Shown: positions 25,346-34,901, numbered from the stretch's first letter. The stretch: 48,898 nt of DNA from an uncultured Bacteroidota bacterium (GCA_903911135.1 CAIWCG010000072.1:1-48898); one strand, 5' to 3'. A program made the numbers and translations. Notes: generated from the letters alone by a model not told the origin.

Positions 25346-27262
25346 ATGAAGATTACTGGCGACAAAAATCCATCACTATCAGAAGTAAATGCTTCTGTGG
25401 ATATTAGTGCCAAGAAAGGAATCTGGAAAAAGATTTTGGCATTCATGGGGCCTGCATACCTGATAAGCGTAGGATATATGGATCCGGGCAATTGGGCAAC
25501 TGACATTGCTGGTGGAAGTGGATTTGGATATAAACTTATCTGGGTACTATTGATGAGCAACCTTATGGCCTTGCTGCTTCAAAGCATGAGTTCGCGATTA
25601 GGGCTGGTAACTGGACGCGATCTTGCACAAGCATCAAGAGAAACCTATTCCAAGACGGTCAACTTGTTTCTATATATATTAGCGGAGATAGCCATAGCTG
25701 CCTGTGATTTGGCTGAGGTGCTGGGAATGGCCATAGGTCTTAAGTTACTTTTTGGTTTACCCATGGTTTTTGGTGTATGCATTACCGTTTTGGATACCTT
25801 GCTCCTTTTGTTCCTAATCAATTACGGTATTCGAAAGCTGGAAGCATTCATCATTTCATTGATAGCCATGATTGGAATTTCATTTCTAATAGAGATGTTT
25901 TTTGCCAAGCCTGCATTTGGTGACATCATGCAAGGCTTTATACCCAGCCTTCCAGATAATCCCAATGGTTCAGGAAGCACTGCTTTGTATATTGCTATAG
26001 GAATTATTGGTGCTACAGTGATGCCTCACAATCTTTATCTTCATTCGTCATTGGTGCAAACGAGGAAATTTGCAAGGACTCATTTTGGCATCTCGAGAGC
26101 CATTAAGCTTAATATTCTTGATTCGGTGATTGCCTTGAATCTTGCTTTTCTTGTGAACTGTGCCATTTTGATACTTGCCGCTGCAACATTCTTCAAAAAT
26201 GGGATGTTCGAGGTGGCTGACATAAGTGATGCCCATAAATTCCTTGCTCCATTATTGGGAAATAGGCTTGCTCCTATATTATTTGCCATTGCATTGATAG
26301 TAGCTGGGCAAAGTTCTACGATTACGGGCACACTTGCTGGTCAGATTGTGATGGAAGGTTATCTAAACCTGCGCATTCAGCCATGGCTTAGAAGGATGAT
26401 TACCCGAATCATCGCCATCATTCCTGCCTTGATTACGATTCTTTTTATAGGCGAGCAGGCAATAGGCAGTTTATTGATATTAAGCCAAGTGGTGCTTAGT
26501 CTGCAGCTTGGTTTTGCCATTATTCCACTCATCCATTTCGTGAGCGACAAGGAACGAATGGGGAAATTCGTCATTCGGCTTCCGGTGAAGATACTCGCTT
26601 GGATATGCGCCATCATCATTGTGGGGCTTAACGCAAAGATGCTTATTGATCAGATTGGGGATTGGGTGGCAAATGCGGGCAATCATTCTTGGATATACTT
26701 TGTCACCATCATTCCTATTGCTTCGATGGCTGGGATGCTGCTGCTTTACATTACTTTTCGTCCTTTATTATTGAAAACAAAAACTTTTATGGCCAGCAAT
26801 ACTCCACATGGCATCATCCGCAAGTTGGAATTTCCTGAAAACAGTCCTTTCAACAGGATTGCGATAACGATTGATTTCTCTTATGCCGATTCGAAGACAA
26901 TAAGCGCTGCGACTAAACAAGGTGGAAAAGATGCCGAATACCTGCTGATTCATGTGGTGGAAACTGCCGGTGCCATCCTTATGGGTCAGGAAATCAATGA
27001 TTTGGAAACTTTGTCGGACAAGCAGCAACTGCAGTCTTATCTTTATGATTTGAAGCAAATGGGATATAAGGTGGACTATGCCCTAGGCTTTGGGAACCCG
27101 AAGAAGGCGATTCCCATCTTGGTGAATGATTATAACCCTGACATTTTGGTGATGGGTGCTCATGGACACAATCTTTTCAAGGATATCATCTTCGGAACGA
27201 CTGTGAATACGGTTCGGCATAGGGTGAAGATACCGGTGCTTATCATCAAGGACACCAAATAA
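25346..27262 (+). CDS. mntH: Nramp-family divalent metal:proton symporter fused to a C-terminal universal stress protein (UspA) domain
   Basis: Canonical motifs GYMDPGNWATD (TM1) and GATVMPHNLYLHS (TM6). The C-terminal 150 aa or so have USP features (IAITIDFS..., ILVMGAHGHN..FGTTVNTVRH). Confidence 0.85.
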   Translation: MKITGDKNPSLSEVNASVDISAKKGIWKKILAFMGPAYLISVGYMDPGNWATDIAGGSGFGYKLIWVLLMSNLMALLLQSMSSRLGLVTGRDLAQASRETYSKTVNLFLYILAEIAIAACDLAEVLGMAIGLKLLFGLPMVFGVCITVLDTLLLLFLINYGIRKLEAFIISLIAMIGISFLIEMFFAKPAFGDIMQGFIPSLPDNPNGSGSTALYIAIGIIGATVMPHNLYLHSSLVQTRKFARTHFGISRAIKLNILDSVIALNLAFLVNCAILILAAATFFKNGMFEVADISDAHKFLAPLLGNRLAPILFAIALIVAGQSSTITGTLAGQIVMEGYLNLRIQPWLRRMITRIIAIIPALITILFIGEQAIGSLLILSQVVLSLQLGFAIIPLIHFVSDKERMGKFVIRLPVKILAWICAIIIVGLNAKMLIDQIGDWVANAGNHSWIYFVTIIPIASMAGMLLLYITFRPLLLKTKTFMASNTPHGIIRKLEFPENSPFNRIAITIDFSYADSKTISAATKQGGKDAEYLLIHVVETAGAILMGQEINDLETLSDKQQLQSYLYDLKQMGYKVDYALGFGNPKKAIPILVNDYNPDILVMGAHGHNLFKDIIFGTTVNTVRHRVKIPVLIIKDTK

Positions 27263-27319
27263 GAATATTGCCAAAAAGTTAGGTTTCTGTCTTGGTGAGT
27301 TTGTAATTTATTGTTTTAG

Positions 27320-27550
27320 CTGTCGTCTGTCATAAGTTACCTGTCGTCTGTAATAAGTTGCCTGTTGTCTGTCAAAATTGTCTTGTCGTCTGTCATAAGT
27401 TACCTGTCGTCTGTAATAAGTTGCCTGTCGTTTGTCATAAATTGCCTGTTGTCTGTCATAAGTTGCTTGTTGTCTGTCATAAATTGCCTGTCGTCTGTAA
27501 TAAGTTACCTGTCGTTTGGCATAAGTTGCCTGTCGTTTGGCATAAGTTAC
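27320..27550. repeat. TR-7: tandem array, 11 units of 21 bp (CTGTCGTCTGTCATAAGTTRC)
   Basis: Unit starts at 27320, 27341 ... 27530. Internal direct half-repeat CTGTC-GT-CTGTC. Confidence 0.95.
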
Positions 27551-27672
27551 TTGGTGTCGGGGATTTAATGGTTGTGGATAGTTAAAAAATTAGAATAAAG
27601 TATAAAATGTTTAAAATTAGAGTTGGGAATAGATATTACCAATGTAAAAAGAGATGCTTTAGGTGGTTTTTG

Positions 27673-27903
27673 AGCTTATCTAATTGTTGTAATATGCTAT
27701 CTCGGGGTTGTAAAATGCTATCTCTTGGTCGTGAAATGCTATCTCGTGGTCATGAAATGCTACCTCGTGGTCGTAAAATGCTATCTCGGGATCGTAATAT
27801 GCTACCTCGTGGTCGTAAAATGCTACCTCGGGATCGTAATATGCTATCTCATGATCGTAAAATGCTATCTCGGGATCGTAAAATGCTACCTCGTTATCAT
27901 AAA
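27673..27903. repeat. TR-8: tandem array, 11 units of 21 bp (ATGCTAYCTCGKGRTCGTAAW)
   Basis: Unit starts at 27673, 27694 ... 27883. Sequence is unrelated to TR-7, which lies 120 bp upstream. Confidence 0.95.
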
Positions 27904-27950
27904 ATGAGAGTCATTTGAAAGATTTTAAGCTAAGAAGGGTGGAAAAGGGG

Positions 27951-28090
27951 AAATGTGGGTGGGTGTTTTGGGGTCTGGATTGCAAATCCAGACCAGCGGG
28001 AAAATGTGGATGGGTGTTTTGGGGTCTGGATTACAAATCCAGACCAGCAGATTGGGTGTTTTGGGGTCGGGATTGCAAATCCCAACCAGC
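27951..28090. repeat. TR-9: three copies of a 37-nt hairpin repeat (GGGTGTTTTGGGGTCTGGATTGCAAATCCAGACCAGC)
   Basis: Copies at 27961-27997, 28012-28048 and 28054-28090 (spacings 51 and 42 bp). 9-10 bp stem GGTCTGGAT/ATCCAGACC. Copy 3 has a paired T-A to G-C change. Confidence 0.9.
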
Positions 28091-28309
28091 GTGATAGTGA
28101 ACAACCTTACAGGACGGCGAGAAAAAAGCCGACCTGTCAGGATGTTCGCCGCAGCCAGGTATTGTATTGGAAGTTGTTTCGAGGCAACTTGCCATCGAAG
28201 CATAGCCCCGATAGTAGCGGCAGCCCGCTGCTTTGTGTCGGGTTTGGGGATGCAGCGGCTACAGCGGATAGCGGGACTGGCCATGATACGAGTGGAGGAT
28301 ATAGGCTCC
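28091..28309 (+). repeat. AGCGG element, copy 2 (only internal, probably full-length copy)
   Basis: 28211-28309 matches 1-99, and the core matches 48869-48898 (minus strand). Upstream part contains hairpins ACAGGACGGC/GCCGACCTGT (9/10 bp) and AAGTTG/CAACTT. CCGCTGC (28225-28231) can pair with GCAGCGG (28251-28257). Confidence 0.7.
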
Positions 28310-28534
28310 AAATTGGAATTCTTCATGCAAATCTTTTATCAATAATTGTTATGATTTTCATGGTAATTCATCGAGAAAAGTTCCAAGAGATTTGCGATAT
28401 TTGCGGCGTGAAAATCTATATCTCTATCCCAGAGGTTCGGGAATTCAACATGGAAACATTTTTTGTTGAGATAATTGATGGTCTGCTTGCCGATAGGCAG
28501 CCTATAGTTTTGAATAAAAGAACTTAAAAATACG

Positions 28535-30085
28535 ATGCGAAGAAAAATCAGATATTATCGATTGATATGGCTAAAGCATGATTTGCCGGCTGGATTATCC
28601 GTGTTCCTGGTGGCCTTGCCGCTTTGTTTGGGCATCGCCTTGGCATCGGGAGCACCGTTGTATGCGGGTCTTTTATCTGGAATCATCGGTGGAATATTGG
28701 TATCTATTTTGAGTGGTTCGCAGTTGGGAGTATCTGGTCCGGCAGCAGGTTTGACAACAGTAGTTGCCGCTTCGATCATCTCCTTGGGCGACTATAGAAT
28801 CTTCTTGTTGGCAGTGATGGTGGCAGGATTGTTTCAATTGGTTTTGGGTTTATTGAGACTTGGAGTGATAGCTTCTTACTTTCCCTCTTCGGTTATAAAG
28901 GGCATGTTGGCAGCCATCGGCATCATCCTGATATCGAAACAGATTCCACTGGCGATAGGCTATGACCAACCCGACTTTTGGACCAGCGGGTTTCCGAAAA
29001 TCTTCTCGGCAGAGAACATATTGGGCAACGTGGAAGCCTTCAACCACCACCTGACGAGAGGAGCCATCCTGACGACCGTGGTATCGTTGGGGGTATTGGG
29101 GATATTGCAGCAACCGTTTGCGAAGAAACTCAAAGTAATACCGGCACCATTGCTGGTAGTGGCCATTGGCATCATCACAAATATTCTATTTACCAATGCG
29201 GCATCGTTATTTTCATTGAAGCATACGCAATTGGTGAACATACCTTCCAACGTTTTCGAAAGTATTGCATTCCCTGATTTCTCTAAACTGTTCTCCACTG
29301 CTGAAATTTGGAAAGACGGGCTGATAATTGGTTTATTGGCCACTTTGGAAACCATGTTATGCGTGGAAGCTGTGGATAAATTGGATAAACGAAACAGAAT
29401 AACGCCAGTGAACAGGGAGTTGATAGCACAAGGGATAGGAAACATGACTTGTGGACTATTGGGAGCCATTCCAATAACGGCAGTGGTAGTAAGAGGAGCA
29501 GCCAATGTGGATGCAGACGGGAGAACCAAACTGTCGGCATTTACGCATGGCATATTCCTTTTATTGGCGGTATTGGCAGTTCCGTTTCTGCTGAACATGA
29601 TACCTTATGCATCGCTTGCAGCCATCCTCATCATCACGGGACTGAACCTTACCAAACCCAAATTATATTTGAACATGTGGAGCCTCGGATGGAAACAGTT
29701 CATCCCATTCATCATCACCATCGTAGTTATTCTTTCTACTGACTTATTGGTGGGGGTTTGCATAGGGCTGCTGATTTCGATTTATTTCATCATACAAAAC
29801 AACTTCAAAGCGGAATACAAGATATCGAAAACGATGATGCATGAGGTGGAGAATCATTTAATCAAATTAAACAGCAATGTCACCTTTCTGAATAAAGTCA
29901 AACTACGTAAGGCCTTGGACCAAATTCCAGAATACAGTGTTTTGACCATAGACGGAAGTGATAGTAACTTTGTAGATTATGATATTTTAGAGATTATCAG
30001 TGAATATAGCAACAAGGCACACGATAGACATATTGAACTGCACTTGAAAGGTATCGAAAAGGTAAACATCATAGCGGTTCATTAA
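28535..30085 (+). CDS. SulP-family anion transporter with C-terminal STAS domain
   Basis: 516 aa. N-terminal DLPAGLSVFLVALPLCLGIALASGAP signature, polytopic core and a soluble tail of about 100 aa. Confidence 0.9.
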   Translation: MRRKIRYYRLIWLKHDLPAGLSVFLVALPLCLGIALASGAPLYAGLLSGIIGGILVSILSGSQLGVSGPAAGLTTVVAASIISLGDYRIFLLAVMVAGLFQLVLGLLRLGVIASYFPSSVIKGMLAAIGIILISKQIPLAIGYDQPDFWTSGFPKIFSAENILGNVEAFNHHLTRGAILTTVVSLGVLGILQQPFAKKLKVIPAPLLVVAIGIITNILFTNAASLFSLKHTQLVNIPSNVFESIAFPDFSKLFSTAEIWKDGLIIGLLATLETMLCVEAVDKLDKRNRITPVNRELIAQGIGNMTCGLLGAIPITAVVVRGAANVDADGRTKLSAFTHGIFLLLAVLAVPFLLNMIPYASLAAILIITGLNLTKPKLYLNMWSLGWKQFIPFIITIVVILSTDLLVGVCIGLLISIYFIIQNNFKAEYKISKTMMHEVENHLIKLNSNVTFLNKVKLRKALDQIPEYSVLTIDGSDSNFVDYDILEIISEYSNKAHDRHIELHLKGIEKVNIIAVH

Positions 30086-32001
30086 GTCTTGATAATTTTT
30101 TTGTTGATGTTTATGTCATTGCATTTCAGCTTCAAGACATATACTCCTGAACGCAGATTAATTGGAGAATTGATGATAAGGTCATTGGCAGAACCTGTCT
30201 TGGCCCAAACTTTATTCCCTAAAACATCAAATAACGTAACATCAATATTCGAGTTGGTGTTTATGCCTTCTATATAGATAGCGAAATCATCCATAAACGG
30301 ATTTGGCGAGATGGAAATTTGAGGCAGGTGAATGATGGTATTATTGTCTGAAATTATCCATGAATCGGGATCAAATATCAAGTCTTTGACATGATAATCA
30401 AGAATAGTGGTAAAGCTCTGTCCACTATATACATGATTGAAAGTAATGATGGCATCTCGGCCATTGCCAGTAAATTCAATGGGGATAGGCATCTCGAAAA
30501 ATGAAACGGAAGGATCGGAAGTAGTTTGATCAACTGTAAAAGAGACCTTGCTTCCTATCTGATTCCATGTTATTCGATAGGATGGAAATCCTTGATTGGT
30601 GTACCATTCATTAAAGAAATTGTCGAGGTTTTGTCCACTTGTCAGTTCAAGATTTCTTTTAAGATCGGCGGTTCGGGCAAAACGATAGGATAACAAAGGA
30701 TCATTCAGGTAATTTCTAAGCGACTGAAAGAAGACCGAGTCACCTAACTTCCATTCCAGCATGCGAAGTAACAATGAACCTTTATTATAAGACAATCTAC
30801 CATCGAATATTCGCCCAACATCGGTGGTATCATTAACCTTAACTGAACCGGAGGGATCGGAGCAAACGGTAGTTACTCGACTTTTCATGAGTCCCTTCCA
30901 TGCATCTGGGAAGAGGTACTTTTCGGTTATTCCTTCCATAAAAGTTGCAAAACCTTCGTTCAGCCATATATCCTCCCAGCTGCCACAAGTTATTCTATCG
31001 CCGAACCATTGGTGGGCACATTCATGGGCTATTAAGGCATTTTCGAAACCTGCCACGAATGACATGGTCTGATGTTCCATGCCACCTCCCCAAGAGAACT
31101 GTGCATGGCCATATTTTTCATCATGAAAGGGATATAAGCCAATAAGGCTGTCATAAAGCTTAATCACGTTGACAATATCAGGAGTCTTTACCCTTGCAAT
31201 GGAATCATACTCCGGATAAACATAGTTCAATACTTCAAAGGAGTCGTTGCCATAGGGTACATAATTGGAATAATAGGAGTAGTTGGTAACGGAGATTCCG
31301 ATAAGATAGGTTGCAATAGGATGACGATGTTTCCAATGATAAAGTTTATCCGATCCCTGATTTAGTTCTTCAACTAAAACCCCATTGCTTGCTACACGAT
31401 TAATCATGGGCGTGGTAACAAGAATATCAATCGAATCAATTTTGTCTGTTAAGGAATTCTTGCAAGGCATCCAATCCTGCGCACCATAGGGTTCTGATAA
31501 GGTCCACAAAACAGGACTAAGATTATGGTAGGTCGTATTGAAGGAACCAAAACCAGTTGAAACTGGAACCCCTTCATATTGAATTGTTACGGAATCAATG
31601 TTATTTATGGGGATAATGGAAGGAAGGTTGACTTGCAATAAATCTCCTGTTACCAATGAAAAACTAATTGTCTGGTTATGATATCTTATATAATCGATAA
31701 CAAGAAAATCGGAGCAGTCAAAATTTATTTGGTTGAAACTGTTATTTAAAGTCTTGAAATAATATGTGATTTTTCCTTTTATGGAATCAACTGCTGGATT
31801 GATATACCATTCATAACGGGCGTAAATCAAATCGTAATTATCAGTAAGAGGATTTGATAAAGCATGTAGTTTCCAAGCATTGTTATGTTTCTCTTGATTG
31901 ATGATTTTATCAAGGTAATCCTTAGCAACGGGAGTCTGTGCAATACCTGCAATCGTAGTCATCAACAAAACTAAAACAATGAATGGAAGGTTTTTTTTCA
32001 T
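30082..32001 (-). CDS. M1-family zinc aminopeptidase with T9SS C-terminal sorting domain
   Basis: 639 aa with a signal peptide. GGMEH (GAMEN-like), HECAHQWFGD ... WLNEGFA. C-terminus ISPNPF...GVYVLKLK...KKIIKT. Confidence 0.85.
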   Translation of the reverse strand: MKKNLPFIVLVLLMTTIAGIAQTPVAKDYLDKIINQEKHNNAWKLHALSNPLTDNYDLIYARYEWYINPAVDSIKGKITYYFKTLNNSFNQINFDCSDFLVIDYIRYHNQTISFSLVTGDLLQVNLPSIIPINNIDSVTIQYEGVPVSTGFGSFNTTYHNLSPVLWTLSEPYGAQDWMPCKNSLTDKIDSIDILVTTPMINRVASNGVLVEELNQGSDKLYHWKHRHPIATYLIGISVTNYSYYSNYVPYGNDSFEVLNYVYPEYDSIARVKTPDIVNVIKLYDSLIGLYPFHDEKYGHAQFSWGGGMEHQTMSFVAGFENALIAHECAHQWFGDRITCGSWEDIWLNEGFATFMEGITEKYLFPDAWKGLMKSRVTTVCSDPSGSVKVNDTTDVGRIFDGRLSYNKGSLLLRMLEWKLGDSVFFQSLRNYLNDPLLSYRFARTADLKRNLELTSGQNLDNFFNEWYTNQGFPSYRITWNQIGSKVSFTVDQTTSDPSVSFFEMPIPIEFTGNGRDAIITFNHVYSGQSFTTILDYHVKDLIFDPDSWIISDNNTIIHLPQISISPNPFMDDFAIYIEGINTNSNIDVTLFDVLGNKVWAKTGSANDLIINSPINLRSGVYVLKLKCNDININKKIIKT

Positions 32002-32149
32002 AAATAAAACTAAAAGTATTTGAGCGTAAAACTACGAAAAAGTATGGTTATAATAAGATGCCTAAAGGTAAAATAATCCAAAGATTTATTTCACTTCAAA
32101 TATTATTGCTATTTTCGTCCCCACAAAATAATTAAAAAACATATAAATT

Positions 32150-33745
32150 ATGAGTACACCGAATACCAATCAAGGACACCCGAAGGGTCTCTACCTGTTG
32201 TTCTTCACCGAGATGTGGGAACGATTCAGTTATTATGGCATGCGTGCTATTTTCATTTTATTCATGACCAAAGCATTGTTTATGGACAAGGCTGCGGCAT
32301 CAAACATTTATGGCAGCTACACCGGTTTGGTTTATCTCACGCCACTTTTGGGCGGGTATATTAGCGACCGTTTTTGGGGGAACAGGAGAAGTATTTTGGT
32401 AGGCGGAATCCTTATGGCTATCGGGCAATTCCTGATGTTTCTTAGCGGAAGCACCATCGGTGATGCAGGCCAAAGCGCTTCTGCAGTTTCGATGATGTGG
32501 GCAGGACTTACCTTCTTGATTATCGGTAACGGTTTCTTTAAACCAAACATTTCTACCATGGTCGGTCAGTTGTATCCAAAGGGCGATCATCGCATAGATG
32601 GGGCCTTCACCATCTTCTATATGGGAATCAATTTAGGAGCATTTTTCTCTCCGCTTATTTGCGGTGGGTTTGGCGATACCGGTAACATTCACGACTTCCG
32701 GTATGGATTTCTTGCCGCATGCATTGGTATGGTTGTAAGTACCATTTCGTTTGAATTTCTCAAGAATAAATATCTTGTTAATGCCGAAGGTGAAAGCATT
32801 GGAATGCCAAAAGCCAAGATGGATTCGAAGACCATATTTTCCATTTTAGGCTCGGTTGCATTAATATTCGGACTATTGAACTACAGAAACATCATCACTT
32901 TTTTTGCAGGTCCTGATGCAATATTGAACCCAGAAAACCTTTCAGCCAAACTTGCCGGATTGGATGTTATCGGATACTTGATTTATGCTGCCGGTTTTGT
33001 AATGGCAGGCATCATTTTTTCTGACAAATCCTTGACGCACGAAGAAAGACAGCGCATCAGCGTTATCTTCATCTTGGCATTTTTCGTAATCTTCTTTTGG
33101 GGATGTTTCGAACAAGCCGGTGCTTCGTTGACGCTTTTTGCTGACACTCAAGCCGACCGGCATATAGGCAGTTGGGAAATGCCTGCCTCCTGGTTTCAAT
33201 CCATCAATCCATTAGGAATCATTGTTTTGGCTCCGATGTTTACGGTATTTTGGAACATGCTCAGCAAACGCAAGATGGAACCTTCCTCTCCCATGAAAAT
33301 GGCTTTCGGTTTAGTACTTGTAGCTTTAGGCTATGTTGTCATTGCTTATGGCGTTCATGGTGTCGATTCTCAAACAAAAATCAGCATGTGGTTCCTCGTT
33401 TCGTTATATATCATTCATACCATGGGCGAATTATGCTTGTCGCCAATCGGCTTGAGCATGGTATCAAAATTAGCCCCTCTTCGGTTCTCCTCCTTGCTTA
33501 TGGGCACTTGGTTCTTGGCTAATGCGATGGCGAACAAGTTTGCCGGAACATTATCAGCATTGATACCTCCTGGTGCAGGTGAAGCAGCCGCAAAAGCTGG
33601 CGCTGTATATCCTTCCTTCTTGGGTATCGAAGTAAATAACCTGTTCACTTTTTTCTGCGTCTTCATAGGCTTGAGCGGTTCTGCTGCCTTGATACTTTTT
33701 GGCTTATACAAATGGCTCGAAAAGAGAATGCATGGAGTGAAATAA
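32150..33745 (+). CDS. POT/PTR2-family peptide:proton symporter (second paralogue)
   Basis: 531 aa. FTEMWERFSYYGMRA and FTIFYMGINLGA motifs. Confidence 0.9.
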   Translation: MSTPNTNQGHPKGLYLLFFTEMWERFSYYGMRAIFILFMTKALFMDKAAASNIYGSYTGLVYLTPLLGGYISDRFWGNRRSILVGGILMAIGQFLMFLSGSTIGDAGQSASAVSMMWAGLTFLIIGNGFFKPNISTMVGQLYPKGDHRIDGAFTIFYMGINLGAFFSPLICGGFGDTGNIHDFRYGFLAACIGMVVSTISFEFLKNKYLVNAEGESIGMPKAKMDSKTIFSILGSVALIFGLLNYRNIITFFAGPDAILNPENLSAKLAGLDVIGYLIYAAGFVMAGIIFSDKSLTHEERQRISVIFILAFFVIFFWGCFEQAGASLTLFADTQADRHIGSWEMPASWFQSINPLGIIVLAPMFTVFWNMLSKRKMEPSSPMKMAFGLVLVALGYVVIAYGVHGVDSQTKISMWFLVSLYIIHTMGELCLSPIGLSMVSKLAPLRFSSLLMGTWFLANAMANKFAGTLSALIPPGAGEAAAKAGAVYPSFLGIEVNNLFTFFCVFIGLSGSAALILFGLYKWLEKRMHGVK

Positions 33746-33769
33746 TCCTATCTAAAGGAAATCTTAAAA

Positions 33770-33801
33770 AGCCATTCTATTTATTTAGGATGGCTTTTTT
33801 T
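33770..33801 (+). terminator. Rho-independent terminator of the second POT gene
   Basis: 10-bp stem AGCCATTCTA / TAGGATGGCT (one G-U) with a 6-nt loop, followed by TTTTTT. Confidence 0.8.
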
Positions 33802-33824
33802 GTTTGATAATCATCCAAAACCTT

Positions 33825-34010
33825 AAAAAGGTCACCATGATCATAGTTTGGTATTTTGTAGCTTAAAAAGGTCAATCCATGATCATAGTTTGGGATTTTG
33901 TAGCCTAAAAAGGTCATTCCATGATCATCGATTGGGATTATTCAGCCTAAAAAGGCCAATCCATGATCATCGATTGATAATTTCCTTAAAAAGGACAATT
34001 GCTTATAAGG
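33825..34010. repeat. TR-10: tandem array, about 4.5 units of about 42 bp (AAAAAGGTCAWTCCATGATCAT...)
   Basis: Unit starts at 33825, 33865, 33907, 33949 and 33988 (lengths 40, 42, 42, 39). Palindrome ATGATCAT in each unit. Confidence 0.85.
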
Positions 34011-34065
34011 TTACCAATATATCTGTATATTTATCCTTGCCAAAAGAACATGGCCAAGAATGGAA

Positions 34066-34830
34066 TCAATTCATTGAAATGGTGCTATTTTGCGAATGAA
34101 AACCTGCTACCAGCAAATCTTCCAACTGCAATGCCTTGGGGAACAATAGATTGTTTTCAAGATGAATGTGCTTATGCAAATCCTCTTCGAATTCCTTCAA
34201 CTCGGCATAGCTCAACTTGAAAGTGGTGCAAGCATCGGCAGGGGGAGTGAATTCATTGGATAATTTTCTGATTTCTACCAGCAGCAAGTTCACTTGGTCA
34301 TGCTCGTCCAGCATCACGTTTATGGGGTTCTTGACAAATTCATGAATGGTATTGGAGGCAAACCCAATGTTTTTCACCTCTACCAACTTCTTGATATAGG
34401 GGAACAGGATGTTTTCCTCTTTCATCATGTGCATTTCCAAGTCGGTCACCACACGTTCAAAGTTTTCGAATATTCGCAAAGCTTCAGGATGACTCTCACC
34501 ATGCTTGATGGCCACTTTTCTCACATGAAACTGAATCATGGGCATCATTTCTTTCACATATGTATGATGCTTATGCACAATATAATCCGCCAACTCATCC
34601 AACTCCATGGTGTTGAAATTCAAGGTGTCATTCGATTGTTTTCGCATGTAGTCGAGCTCCTCTATTTCGTAGCGGGTGGTGCTCACATCAAGGCCGGCAT
34701 CCATGCAAGCCTGCTCCAAAGTCCGTTTTCCCTTGCAGCAAAAATCAAGGTGTTTGTCTTCAAACAATCTAGCCGTGGATGGGTTTTCAGAAACAATTTC
34801 TGCCAATGTCATTTGTTCTATCGTTTTCAT
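34066..34830 (-). CDS. ric: Iron-sulfur cluster repair di-iron protein (RIC/YtfE/ScdA family)
   Basis: 254 aa. ScdA_N-type N-terminus (LDFCCKGKRTLEQAC) followed by hemerythrin-like His/Glu-rich helices (HHTYVKE, HPEAL, EHDQV, HIHLENN). Confidence 0.85.
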   Translation of the reverse strand: MKTIEQMTLAEIVSENPSTARLFEDKHLDFCCKGKRTLEQACMDAGLDVSTTRYEIEELDYMRKQSNDTLNFNTMELDELADYIVHKHHTYVKEMMPMIQFHVRKVAIKHGESHPEALRIFENFERVVTDLEMHMMKEENILFPYIKKLVEVKNIGFASNTIHEFVKNPINVMLDEHDQVNLLLVEIRKLSNEFTPPADACTTFKLSYAELKEFEEDLHKHIHLENNLLFPKALQLEDLLVAGFHSQNSTISMN

Positions 34831-34871
34831 TTTATTGTGTTTTATGATTTATTATTGTTTTTTTATCGCCA

Positions 34872-34879
34872 CAAAAGTA
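34872..34879 (-). promoter_or_regulatory. -7 promoter box (TACTTTTG on minus strand) for ric
   Basis: Plus strand reads CAAAAGTA, 41 nt upstream of the ric ATG. Confidence 0.45.
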
Positions 34880-34901
34880 GTTTACCTATATGTCTAAATA
34901 T

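Noticed and set aside
27951-28090. Three 37-nt palindromic direct repeats that resemble a small CRISPR array
   Set aside because: The intervening sequences are only 14 and 5 nt, far too short for spacers. There are only three repeats, no leader-like region and no cas genes in the window.
28131-28160. SRP RNA-like string (GTCAGG...GCAGCCA) in the upstream part of element copy 2
   Set aside because: It lacks the GGAA tetraloop and the symmetric-loop context of 4.5S/SRP RNA. The downstream part of the same element is multi-copy, which an ffs gene would not be.
28270-28295. Hammerhead-like CUGAUGA motif (CTGGCCATGATACGAG) in the element
   Set aside because: It is not an exact core, there is no matching GAAA/CGAAAC box in the right geometry, and copy 3 replaces the segment with GTAGATGGGACGAG.
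28960-29598. 212-aa minus-strand ORF inside sulP (and 34294-34905 plus strand inside ric)
   Set aside because: These are shadow ORFs opposite well-supported genes.
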